From the human T2T-CHM13v2.0 reference genome, Homo sapiens, in NCBI RefSeq assembly GCF_009914755.1, contig NC_060930.1: DNA of 64,000 bases. The stretch is one strand, 5' to 3'. This document shows positions 14,338 to 27,230 of this stretch, in pieces (the first letter of the stretch is position 1; every line of letters begins with the position of its first letter). The notes beneath the pieces are model-generated. The model ran no database searches, was not told where the DNA came from, and saw only the letters and a program-made list of their open reading frames with translations. The translations under genes were made by a program, and so were the position numbers.

Positions 14338-14380
<43 letters not shown>

Positions 14381-15120
14381 GCAGTTGGTTCAGTGATTCT
14401 GAATTAAAAGGATAATGTTTTGCAATGTTCAAGTTGTAAAAACTGGCCGAGTATTGGCTGTGTGGAAGACTAAAGCTTTCATTCTAACATTCAGACATAG
14501 CAATCCAAACCCTTGTTCCTGCTGTAAATGAACTTGATGGAGCATGGGCAGATTTCAGTGATACGAGAAAGGGGACTGGTCATCTATAGAAAAATCTGTG
14601 AGAGAACTTGGAAGTGGACTGCGTTTATCAATACAGTCACAATGTTAAATGAACAAAATTCTTGAACAGTTTTTTTTCAAAAAATGTTCAGGTTTATTTG
14701 TGGAAATGCAAGATTTCTATGAAAATAGTTTTTGTATGGAAATTTTTGTAATACTTTTTATCAACAAAACAAGAACATGTGTTCCTGTCAGGGGTGTGAT
14801 GTCAAGCATGAATGGTAGTGCGTGTGCACCACCAACGTTTGGTGAAAACTATTTTTATCAAGAAAAAAGGAATCATAGAAGAGAAATATTTTCAAGTTAG
14901 ATAATATAAAAGCTAGGTGCACTACCACCACTGCTTACCATGCCACACCCCTGGTTTCCACGAGGCTGACAACATACTGTAATGAACAATTGTGTGTAAA
15001 ATGGTAAAAGACACAGACCTCTTGACAACATTGTGATAACAGTTGAGTGCACACAGTTTGCTGTTTGAATCCAATGCACAAAATTAAAAAAAATCATTAA
15101 AACTATGTTCATTTTACTTT
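13554..15120 (+). other. GRIK2: GRIK2 3'UTR (approximate end)
   Basis: Follows the stop codon, has no recognisable TE, and ends at tandem ATTAAA signals with a U/GU-rich downstream element. Confidence 0.75.
14338..14378 (+). repeat. (TAA/AAT)13 microsatellite in the GRIK2 3'UTR
   Basis: Counted directly. Corresponds to the known polymorphic GRIK2 3'UTR TAA repeat. Confidence 0.95.
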
Positions 15121-15152
15121 CAGCTTTGTCTTTCATTTTTCTCTTGTATGTG
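15083..15152 (+). terminator. Distal polyadenylation signal region (ATTAAA 15083-15088 and 15096-15101, downstream U/GU-rich tract)
   Basis: Two ATTAAA hexamers followed by ctttgtctttcatttttctcttgtatgtgt. Proximal AATAAA hexamers also occur at 13646, 13919 and 14374. Confidence 0.7.
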
Positions 15153-17279
15153 TAATGAATGCACCATATACTTCTTTACATTAAGAGAAGCACATATCCT
15201 AAATATTTCTAGATCATCAAGGATGGCCACTTCCCAACTACCTGAAGAAAAGAAGAAAAATGCTTGGGGGAGGACCTACTCAGATCTGGAAAAGCTGGAC
15301 TGGGATATAAAAAGTAATCTTAAGTTCAGAGCAGTTAAAATAAGACAAACAGTAGTTCTAGAGGTGACAGACATGATATTACCTTTTCAATGAGAGGATA
15401 TTGACTTTGTAAGTTAGGTTGTATAAGACTGTACAGTGATCACTAACATTTAAAGTTCAACTCATATGCTATTTAATAATTCCTTGCACATTGATAATTT
15501 AATGTAATTCAGCATAAAACAGAGAAAGAGATAGGTCTAATATTCCACTTAGTGATGATGTGGCATAGATGTTCACATACCAATAGGAACTTTTTAAAAT
15601 GATAAATTGTAACATATATTTTGCTAAGCAAAACAATTATAATCAGAACCACTGACAGAAAGAAAAAAATAAGAAGTTCTGTGAAGTATTTTTTAACTCA
15701 CAAAAGTTGCATAATCAAAGTGCCTGACATCTAAATTAAATATCCAAGTGTTTTCTAAATTTCTAGTCTCATGGTCATTTTAAGTTAAAATTCATATGTC
15801 AATGATAATTATCTCAAAATATAATTTTAGAGAGTTGCACAAAGCACTGCTAAAAATCTCAGCATTGGTTTGGTGGCAAATATCCTCAAATAACATACCT
15901 CATAAAAATGTTCAGATTTTGGATAATATTAAGCTTTTTATAAATCAGATTCTAATTAGACTTTAAAGCACTTTTAAAAATCAGTTTCGTATTGTATTAT
16001 CCAATCTTAAATGATAGGCAGGAAATGACAACTTTAATTATGTTTAATTAATCACTAAATAGTTACTTAAATTTTTGCAAAAATTTGACATTTATTTAAT
16101 TCAATTAAATTAGTGAACTTTGAAGAGTGTAAAAAACCTGCTGCCCTCAACTTTTCAAGTAATATAGAATATATAAACAATGTATAGTATTACTTTTTGT
16201 CAATGTCCTAAAAGGTATCTACATTATTGCCAAAACAGATATTTTTCTACTGTGGGGCTTATGCAATATGAGGTACTAATATTAATTCCAATAAATTATA
16301 ATTACCTTTAAAGTAAAATTTAACTTTGAAAGAGCATCTCTTCTCTGGGAAGGCAGTATATTTGAGTAAGCATTATTCTCTGAAGTACATTGAAATTGTA
16401 AGAGAGAGGAAGAGGACACGTATTCTAATCAGCAACATAACCTTAAACTCTCGGTCATCAATGGAGGCACATAAGCCACAGCTAAATAACCCAAATCAGG
16501 ATGAAAACACTGAGGATTTATATTCTCATTTAACATACCTAAATAATTTGAACCACTCTGAGAACACCAAAGAGATATTTAAATATTTATAGCTGATAAC
16601 CCTAACCACTATGGAACACTAAGAGGACATATATTATTTTACAAATATGTAAAAGGGATGATAATATTTTATTGATTGCAGTGTTTTAAATACTTTGCAA
16701 CTAAGTTATATTTTTAAAGTATGATGTCCTTATTGCTATTATAGAATGGGTGTATGTATAAAGCACTAATTATTTCAAAGAATTTTTAGCACCACAATAC
16801 TTTTAAATGCGTGTTTATTATAAAATATATAGAAGAATGTATACAACACATGTGTGCAACAGAATCATGGCACCTGACTGTAATGTGGTCCCAAAGTACT
16901 TGTTCAGAGGAAGTGGGCTGTGGCTGTTCCATGTATTCAGATTATAGGCTTATTTTGGCTTATTTCTAACTTTCAGATATAAATTTAAGCAGAATACTTC
17001 CATAGAGAGAAAAGAGTACCGAGTCATTTTAGAGAACAGGGTATGAAAGGTACAAGAAGAACTTCACCAGTTTGTGACCAAGCAAAGTGTGAATAATAAT
17101 ATGGGCCAGGCTAAGCTGCAAAATTTGTCTTTGGGTTTAAAAGATAGTACAATGGCAGTGAGGACTTTGGTTATGACAGTCCTCAGCGTATCTGTAATTT
17201 TAGTCACACTATTTCAATATGGACTGATAGGCAGGCCTCTGTGTCTGCAGCACAATTATTAATGCAAGATTCCTCCCAG

Positions 17280-19410
17280 CTCTCTCACCTTCTGGTGATT
17301 CCCTTTTTCTCTCTCCATGGTGAATCTCCTGATGTCTCTAACATGTGTTCTCCCTTTCCTTCATTTACTCTCTATTTTTGGTGTCTTCTAAAGAAGGGGT
17401 GACTGAGGTCAATTTTTTTTTGAGATAGTTCATGTCTGAAAATGCTTTCATTATACCCTAATAAATAATTAATAGTTTTGCTAAGTATAGAAACTAAGTA
17501 TAGAATTCTAAGTTGAAAAAATATTTTTCCTGGATAAATTTGAAAGCATTCTACTGTTGCTTTTTTTATTATCAGTCTACTGCAGAAAACCTGAAGTTAG
17601 ATCCATGATTCTTTGTATATAATTTTTAAAATATTAACTTTCTTAATTTTGTATGATCTTTTCTTTATCTTTAGCATCCTGAACTATACCAATCATAGCC
17701 ATGTATCTACTTTGATTCATTGTCCTGGGTTCATGCTGATTTTTAAAATTTCAGTTTTAGGAAAACTTTCTGCACTATTTCTTTGCTTTCTCTGTTCACT
17801 TTAAACAGCTCGGTTTCTTTTAACATTGGAATTCCTGAACTTTTGAATCTAAATTTATTTTTGCTCTCCTATTTCTCATTTGTTTCATTGTTATCTTGCA
17901 AATATTGTGTTGAGTTTTTCATTTCTGCCCAACTGATTTAAATTCTATGAGTTCTTGTTTTATGGCTGTGATATATGTTACATATTTGAAGACATTACTG
18001 GTAATCTTTTGACATTCCCTTCTTCCCAAAAAGATGTTTCCTTTCAGTCGCATTATTCTGTTTGCTTAGTTAGATTTCTGTCTTTCATATTAGGAGTTTT
18101 CTTCAGATGTTTATTAATTTTAGCAACCTGCTTATGATAAAGAAAGAAAAACTAAAATCTGATTTAGAAGCTCTATATCACTCTACAGCAGGATGGGGAA
18201 GAATACTTACCTAATTTGAGCATTACCATAGATTAATCCAGGTGGCCTATTTGCCGAGGAATCCTTCCAAATGTCCCTATCTTTGGGTCTTTTCTTTTGG
18301 GCCTGTTCGATTCCCCCAGGAAGTGTCTTTTACTTTCCTGGCTGGAGATTAAGGCTCTGACGGCCAGTATTCTGCTAAACATCAATTAAGAGAGTTTAGG
18401 ATCTCTGCGTTCTGCATTCAGAATGACTGTGGTCATTTAATCAAGCTATTTTAAATATAAGGCTCAGTCTTTCAATGGAATCTGGTGTTCTCCTCTAGAG
18501 ATTTGCTGGATTCGCAGCAGGAAAGTTCCTAGGAGTGAAGAAGGATGTAACACAGGATCCACTATTTTTAAGCTACACTTAATACATCTGCCTTAATTTA
18601 TGTACTCTCTTATACTACTAGCTATTAATGTACTTTGTACAGCTGGTTCCTCTGCCTTTTGAGTATTCTCTGGTGTAACTGGTTGGTTCTCAGCTTTTTC
18701 CACTGCCCATTTGGGATGCAACCCTTTCTTTTTTTTTTTTTTAATTGTCTCAGCAGGCAATTTCACTTCTATAGAAGGGTGTACCTCGTGGATGGAGCAA
18801 TGGTGAGAGCACACCTGAGCAAGGGAGAGGAAAGGGTTCTTATTCCTGACACAGGTAGCCCCTACTGTTGTGTTGTTCCCCTGTTGGCTAGGGCTGGAAC
18901 GCACAGTCAAAGCTAATTCCGATTGGCTATTTTAAAGAGAGCAGGCGTAGGAGCCAGAATGGTGGGGCGAGTAGTTTGGCGGGAAGGTCAGTTACAGAAC
19001 AGGTGACTCAGGATGACTCAGGTCAGAGCAGGTGACCAGGGGTGTCTCAGGATGGAGCAGGTGACCAGGGGTGACACAGGATGGAGCAGGTGATAGAGGC
19101 TAGGAGGGGGTTGTTTACTGAAACTAGGGGCAAGGAGATGACGAGAACGAGAAAGTTAAACTTTAAAATGAAGAACAAAGAACAGGGGAGCTGAACATAC
19201 TGATAGAACTCTTTCAAGTCTACTTAGGTAACTATTTGTTTGTTTTTCTGCTTCTAAAATTTTGTTGAAATTTTCTCCTTTCTTATTCTCATTGTTCTTG
19301 AGGTTTCGTGTATTTAAAAAATCTTCTTACTGTAATTGTCATAGTTGAGTAGGGAGCAACGTTAGATTAATATATTCAATACTTCACTGTTACCTGGAAT
19401 AAGAGCCCTC
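17280..19410 (-). mobile_element. Ancient L1ME/HAL1-like 5' region, interrupted by an LTR10 retrocopy
   Basis: T-rich antisense L1M-like sequence ending in a 5'-end-like motif (gtagggagcaac...ttcaatacttcactgttacctggaat). Family uncertain. Confidence 0.45.
18729..19206 (-). mobile_element. LTR10-family (HERV-I) U3-R fragment ending in poly(A)
   Basis: Reverse complement reads tcagtatgttcagctc...cctggtcacctgctc repeats with TGAGTCA...aaaatagccaatcggaattagc...cttctatagaagtgaaattgcc, then A14. Flanked by aaccctttc / aactctttc. Confidence 0.85.
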
Positions 19411-20166
19411 TCTTTAAACAAAATATTATGCAGAAATCTAATACAGGAAGCAAATAAAAACTAGAACTACTCTGGTTCAAATAGAGTGAAGACAGAGCAG
19501 ATCTTGTTCTTGTAATTGAAAGGAATATGATATAATAAGTATTGACAATATTTTCTTCTCACCAAATAAGTTTCTAATTCTATATATAAAGGAAATACTT
19601 TCAGAATAAAACGAATATATGAGTTTTATTTTTAAATCACAAAACGAAGTTCAAGAACATTTTTGAAACTGGGAAGATTCATATTTTAGTATCTGTCAAA
19701 TGATGATAAATTCGGAAGCCAGTGTAATTTATACCCTAGGGGCTGAGGTCTAATTCAACATATTCCAGTTTCTATTTTCTAAAGCTAAAGAAACATGTGT
19801 TACAATGTAGATAGGGAATACTTTCTTAATGAACCATGCTGAACTGTAAGATTTTTAAGACTCCTTTTTAATGCATTACATTACACTGTATCTTGTTTTC
19901 ACATTTATGGTGAGGTTAATATAAAAGAGACATTAAACAAATATATTTCTGCTCTTTACAAAGGATGATTATTGTTTTCTTACATTTCAACTAAAAATTT
20001 CTATAATATTATACTTGCAAGAAGTATAACACTCTTAATGAGCAATACAGTTAACCTTAAGGTTAACTTGCAAAATTTCATGTCTAATTTAGTATCATTA
20101 ACACATTGAAAAATCTCTCCTAAATTTCACTCATCTTGATCAAAATCCATGTTAAAGGTTTTGAAA

Positions 20167-20517
20167 CTACACTTAATACATCTGCCTTATTTTATGCCCC
20201 CACTTATACTACTAGTTATTAATGCACTTTGGACAGCTGGTTCCTCTGCCTTTTGAGGATTCTGTGGTGTAACTGATTGGTTCTCAGCTTTTTCCACTGC
20301 CCATTTGGGATGCAACCCTTTCAAGTCTGCTTAGGTAACTATAATTTGTTCATGTGTTTTTCTACTTCTAAAATTTGGCTGACATTTTCTCCTTATTCTT
20401 GTTGTTCTTGAGGTTTTATGCACTTAAAAAATCTTTCTACTGTAATTATCGTAGTTGAGTAGGGAGCAACATTAGATTCATGTATTCAATACTTCACTGT
20501 TACCTGGAATAAGAGCC
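20167..20517 (+). repeat. Second copy of a ~350-bp local direct duplication (first copy 18573-18728 plus 19216-19407)
   Basis: ctacacttaatacatctgcc...gttacctggaataagagcc aligns collinearly between the copies. Confidence 0.95.
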
Positions 20518-20619
20518 TTTTTTAAGGGCTCTTACTGAAAAACACAATACACTTATGTTCTTCTATAATGTTTTAAGGAATTTTTTAACATTAATCTCCT
20601 GTCTCAGCCTTTAAGGCCA

Positions 20620-20903
20620 TTAAATGACTTAAGATAGTTGCTGTGGCTCCAAACATTGTATCCACATTTCCACAAGAGGAAGTAAAAAAAGAAAAAAATG
20701 AGTCTTGCCCTTTCCTTGTAAAGACAATTTCCACAAGGTTCACATTCCTCTGGTCAGAAATCAGTCATACACCCACGCCTAGCTGGAAGGTAGGTTGGGT
20801 AATGTGGACTTTAATTCAGACAGTATTGTGTCAGTAAAAGTCAGGGGTTCTATTATTAAAGAAGCAGTGTAAACAGACATGAGAAAACAAACTGTAGCCT
20901 CTG
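20620..20903. mobile_element. MLT1-type MaLR LTR remnant
   Basis: Motifs such as ggtcagaaatcagtcatacacccacgcctagctg and ggggttctattatt resemble MLT1J/K. Confidence 0.5.
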
Positions 20904-21474
20904 TGCTTCTTGGTATTTTCTGGTCTCTCACTCCACTAGTCAAACTCTATCTTATTCTGTTGACACGCCTCCCTACTTTGATCATTTACTGTGCTATGTC
21001 AACCATTCTGTTCTTCTCAGATTCACTCATACCTTGTTGTTTTCTTTTACATTTCGTATACCTGTTTCCCTAAGGGAAACCTAGATTTTCCCTTATGATG
21101 CCATTTGTCTTAAAACATAATAGAAAGAAGTTGGCAATCTCTTTGCTCTGCAGAATATCTTTCATTTAGTTATCAATAATTATGTACCTTATATTAACTA
21201 TTACTGATTTTCAAGATTTTTTTCTTTAAAAACCATGATTATCATTGGCCTGTGCCCTGCCACCATCAATGATGTATGTCTTCATTTGTGTTAAATAAAA
21301 TCAGCAGACATACATTATAAACCAGATTTTGTGTTAGATACTGGGTATAAAATGATGATCAAAAATAGACATGGCACTGGCTCTCATAGTTTAGAGTCTA
21401 GAAGAAGAGGCCAAGCTTTATTAAATAAGCTGCTAAATACATTAAACTGAAATGTGCTGTCATAAGAAGTTCTC

Positions 21475-21768
<294 letters not shown>

Positions 21769-24723
21769 GTGGAACTCAAGCAGTACCGTTTAATAGCTGA
21801 AAATATGAAAATCTTGTTCGTCTTTATGAAGGACACACAGAGAAGTATCTAGTTGTATACTGCAATACATTATAGATTTTTGTTTTTGTCTCAGGCATAT
21901 CTAACTTCTATTGGCTTTAAACCTTGGCATAGGGTACGATTCTTCCAGACATGGAGACATAAACTATGCTATTAGTACATTATTGGCCTCCATTACTCAG
22001 TTTGGCAATTTCCCATTATATACAAAATATGACAACATAACTTTACCTGAACTCTTTCCTGACCTGTATTAGTCCTGTTTGTTTGAATGTTTTCCTTTGT
22101 GCTTACATAGGGACAATAAAATATTTCAGCAGTGCTTTTAAAAAAAGTTTCTTGCTTTTCTTGCAAGGTAGAAGTAAACTGTGCTGTAACAATTAACTTT
22201 GGAACAAACAGAGCCAAGGGTCAAATATTTAGCCCTTTCCTAAAAGTTTACAGGAAAGTGCATTTGAGTCTTTTTCCACAGATAATGGGAAGTAAAGGTG
22301 TATTGCTGTACAAGAGTTTATAATAAAGGAACCTTATTTTGGCTACAGAAATGGAGTGGAGTTCTCTGAAGAAGTGATGTTTGCATTGAGCTATGAGTAA
22401 TGAGAAGCAAGTTCTCAACAAAAGAGTTTCCCAGATTCTAACAAAGTTTACATAAAAGTTCTGTGACAGGAGGAAGCATGGCATGTTCTTGAGGAGCTGA
22501 AAGACAGTGTCGATAGAACACCATAGCATGACCCCATGTAATAGGAGATGCATTTAAAATATAGCTAGGGACCAGATCTTAGCAAGCTCATACCTTAGTG
22601 ATCTGATCCTTATCTAAAGAGCAATGGAAAACTGTTTAAATCTCTTAAGCAGAAGGAATATTGTTGGACAATATCTTCATTTTGTAAAGACCACCCAGGC
22701 AGGAAATTGGAGAATGGTTTAAAAGGTACCAGAGTGGATAATGGGATGAAGATTTTTTAGCAAGCCATATCAGTAAGTTCAGGTAAGACATGTTAGTTTA
22801 GATTAGACTCAACTGGTAGCACTGAAGATAAACAGAAACACATTTAAAAAATAATTAGTTGACAAAAATTCACATTTCATGGTGAATTAAATAATAAATA
22901 TAAAGATGACTAACAATTTTTGTTCTGTAACTTATAATGAGAGCTTTGCATAAATTACCTCCTCCCATTCTCTGATCAACCCTATTAGGCAAGAACTGGG
23001 ATTATCACCATTATATAAATAAGGAAACTACTGACAGGAGAATTTAAATTAATTTCTTAAAGTATTACAGTTTTCAAAACCAGCCAGAATGACTCTGATA
23101 TTCTTAACCATTATATTTGGTCACAGTAACAAACTATAATGACGTTGCAACGGCTTATCAAAATGAACGCTTACTTCTCATTCATGAAAATTCTGCTGTG
23201 GGTTTTTGAATGTCTCTCTATGGCTAATGTCATCGGTAATAATTCAAAATCCAGGCTACTTCAATCTTTCAATCCCCTCATCTCATCATTAGGTCTCCTC
23301 CTTTGTCACCCTCAGGGCTATTTGGCAGGACCTAGTCACATGGTCCTCACCTACTTCAAGGGGTTCACAAGCACCATAGGGGGTTCTAGCCTGGAAGGCG
23401 AGAAAAACTGATTTCTTGAAAACTAGCGATGCCAACTACACTATGCAAATCTGTACCAGATTTATGGCTGTCTCACCTGCTATTATCAACTGAAATAGGA
23501 AATAGAATAAAATGTAATAATATTTTAGATTTGAATGGAAGAGGATGCATTTAGTTTTTAGAGACATCTCTGAAAATCTAAGCAAAAATATTTTGTAGGA
23601 AATTGATCATAATGCATGAACTAGAGTCTGGTAAAAAATACATGTATATCAAAGTCAGCATCTTAGAGATATTAACTGATGTAGAGAATGTAAACAAGAT
23701 TGTCTCAGTAAAGAATACCTTGTAAGAAGAAATGAGGGTCTAGAAGAAAGCATTGACTCTCTCTAAACTTTAACTGTTGGGTAAGAAGGGGAGGCTTGTA
23801 TAGGAGATAGAGAAATAAGACTATGACATTTTAAAACGTTAACATTTTTCCATGTTACCCAGAGAGTGATCGATAGAAAATTGTCTGCAGCCCTTAATGC
23901 CCTACAGATGGAAAAATGAAGATATTCTTAACTTCCTTGCTGTGGGAACATGATTAAGTTACACTAATCCTGACTTCCAGAAGAAATGTAATGACATTTA
24001 CATTGTAAATATGAAGAGTATCTGGGAAAAGCATCTGCTGGCAGGTTGGGCCATTGCTGAAAATGGAATCAAGCTGAAATCAGTGTCATATCCTCTTAAA
24101 ACATTGGCTAGAATCTTGTACTGAAGTTGGTACTTGCACTTCACTTCTAGAACATTAACCAACCAAATCCAGGCAAAGAAGGTTCTTAGCTTAGTCTTCC
24201 TACCACTGTTTTAAGTAACACAGATCTATATATTATTTGGAAGTTGCCATACTGCACAATAAGGAAGCTCACTCGGTGGGTCAAATATGGTTGATGCTGG
24301 CCTAGGAAGTCTTCCCTATCTACGGCATAATTTTCTGTGAACATGTATAGAAGGAATGCCTGATCTCTACTTATATAGAGATCATATCTGTACTTAGATA
24401 GAGGTCTACAAGAGATTGAAAAGGAAGAACAGATTCCTGCTGTTAAGGCTGTGTTCTGGAGTGGTTTTAGGATGAATGCACCACTCTAAATGCTATATTT
24501 TCTACTGTTCAACCAATATTGCATATTGGTATAAAGGTGTGCAGATATCCTATATGCTTTTTTGGTAATTTGCTACTGAAGACTGGAGTGCTCAGTTGGT
24601 GAAAGATACTATGGTCCAGTTCCCACGGCTTAGGCCACTGAATAAATACAGTCATAGCATATATTTATAAATTTTCAGAGACGCTCTTAGACTATGAAAT
24701 AAGATTCATAGAAAATAACAGTT

Positions 24724-24870
24724 ATTTTATTATTATTATTGTTATTTTTTTTAGAGATGAGGTCTTCCTATGTTGGCCAGGCTGGTCTTGAACTCCTGGC
24801 CTCAAGTGATCCTCCTGTCTCAGCGTCCCAAAGCACTGGGATTACAGGCGTGAAACACTGTGGTTGGCCC
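24724..24870 (-). mobile_element. FLAM (free left Alu monomer) with TSD aataacagtt
   Basis: Single Alu monomer with T-rich tail; aataacagtt at 24714-24723 and 24871-24880. Confidence 0.88.
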
Positions 24871-25329
24871 AATAACAGTTTTTTGAAGCAAACTACCCCC
24901 ACAATCACCACCACCACCACCAACATTGTAATTCCCGATAGTGACCCAATAACTATCCTGAGGCTCCTTTGCACCAAACCCATCTTAGTAACCCCCATAT
25001 CTAGCCAAATCTTTGCTTTCAGTGCCATAAGGAATATGCTCTCATCTTCAGTTATCAAACTCTGAAATTACTGTCTCTGAACAAAAGCTCCTATTTTATC
25101 TTTTTTAGTTCTTCATTTCCACAGAAATGTCTTTTACTCTCATTTTTGTCTCGTTGTCTTCACCATTCCCAAGTTTTTCAGTAGTTTCATTATATTCTAC
25201 CTTCTTCTATTTACCTCCAGGAGAAACACAGTGGAAATAAGAATTTGCAGAGACAAGGAGAGAACAAGTATGATACTTTGTCTTTGGAAACATCTGGTTT
25301 AATCTTCAAATTATGTTACTAAGAGTTGT

Positions 25330-27230
25330 TTATATTTTCTTCTGATAACTCTTGTTCATTGTTTTACACTGCTGCACAATATCTATTAATAGATGTGAAC
25401 CTACTATAAATTACTTATCTATTGTCCAGTTCGTATTTAAGAATATTTTAAGTTATAAACTCTGCTAGTACATATACTGTTGTTAAGTCTTCTGATATTC
25501 TTGAGTTAAAATTTTATGTATATACATATGTATCCCAGCCTTGGTTTATGTTAATGCTCAACACCGCCAAAGCTGCTGTACCAATCAGCACTTTGGAATC
25601 TGATAATACATTCCTTCTTCAACCTGTGTTCTTGTCAGATTTTTAAAAAAGGTCTTTGTTTATCAAATATGTGCAGATGCTATTGTGGTCTTGATTTTCC
25701 TTTTGCTTGTGACTAATGCTAATAATATTTTCCAATGGGTGTTAGCTACATGTGTTTCATATTTTGTGAAAAATCTATTCAAGTATTTTACCCAGTTTCT
25801 TATTGACTTATTTTTCTCAATTACTAGAAGTCTATGTACTATTGATATTATCTAATCTGTTATTTTACTTGCTGCAAATTTCTCCTCCACATGTTACCTA
25901 CGTACAACTCATGCACTGCGTAACAGTATTTTAGTCAACAACTAACTGCGTATCCGCCAATTGTCCCATAAAATTATAATGAGTATACCATGTAGCTTTG
26001 GTGTGTAGTAGGCTATTTTATTTAGGTTTGTTCTCACGGTGTAGATGGTTGTGAAGTACACAGTATGATGTTTGCACAATTGCAAAAGTGTTTAACGATG
26101 TATTTCTCAAAATGTATCTCCACCATTAAGTGATGCATAACTGTATCTTTCACTTTTTTTAAAGTGTGTTTTGATGAACAGAGGTTTGCCAATTTTAATG
26201 GTAGCAAATTTGCCATCTATTATTACACTTTAAGCACTTTTGATACCCCATTTAAAAATGTTTCCTTTAATAACAAATGAAATTTATTCATATGTTTTTC
26301 TAAAAATTTAGTTTATGATTTCAGTTTTAATTCAGATTCAATATGTGCTTTCATTTTCCCCATCTACATAATCATTTTCCTTAACCGAATTTGTTGTACA
26401 GTACCCCTTGTGATCTGTGAAGCTACATCTGGAACATACCAATATTTCATTTGTACATGGATTTGTATCTGGGCTTTATTTTTAATTCCCTTTGGAAATT
26501 TATTGTTCACTATACAAATACTGCATCAATTAATTAATAAAGCATTATAATAAGATTTTATTTTATTCTGGCAGAGGAAATCCCCCTTTTTTATTCTTTG
26601 TCTTTGGAAGTAAGTTGGCACATCACCTAAATTTCAGATTAAACCAATTTACACAAACATGTTTATCATAACTTTTAGAGTTTTATTTGGAATGAAATCA
26701 TATCTCTGTATCAACTTGAGGAGAATTTGTATTTGTTTGATATTATCTTCTTATCCACAAGCACTTGTCTTTTTCTTTTTGATAATTTCTTATGTAAAGT
26801 TCCCACATATATTTATTTTATTTATCCCTAGATAATTTATAATTTATAGGTGTTGTAGCATTTGCAAATAGTGTCTTTTAAAAAATACGGATTTTATATT
26901 CTCTTGCTTAGATAAAAGAATGCAATTTATATGTTTATGTGTGTCTAAAATAAAACAATATTTTATGTATATAAATATATTCAGCCACCTTGCTAATCTC
27001 TTTTATTTCTACATATTTGTTTTTAGATTATTTTGGATTTCCTATGTAAAGAGTCACATGATATGCACACAATGAATGTCTTGTTTCTTCTTTCACTCTT
27101 TTTTTCTGAAGCTTCTTTTTTGCTTATTGAGCTGTCTGTGAACTCTAATACAATGTTGATTATAATAGGTAATGGTAAACATCTTTCTCTTTTCCTAACT
27201 TTAAAGGGAATGTTTCCAACCTATGTGTCA
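25330..27230 (-). mobile_element. Degraded L1ME-type ORF2/3' fragment
   Basis: T-rich antisense L1-like motifs (ttgatgaacagaggttt, ctctaatacaatgttga, ctttaaagggaatgtttc); boundaries approximate. Confidence 0.6.
25905..26143. mobile_element. Tigger3-like (Tc1/mariner) DNA transposon derivative
   Basis: TA on both sides, degenerate terminal inverted repeats (caactcatgc... / ...gatgcataactg), internal gtcccataaaattataa. Confidence 0.75.

Noticed and set aside
18729-19206. SVA element (poly-T plus GC-rich tandem repeats)
   Set aside because: No SINE-R, Alu-like or CCCTCT parts; the sequence fits LTR10.
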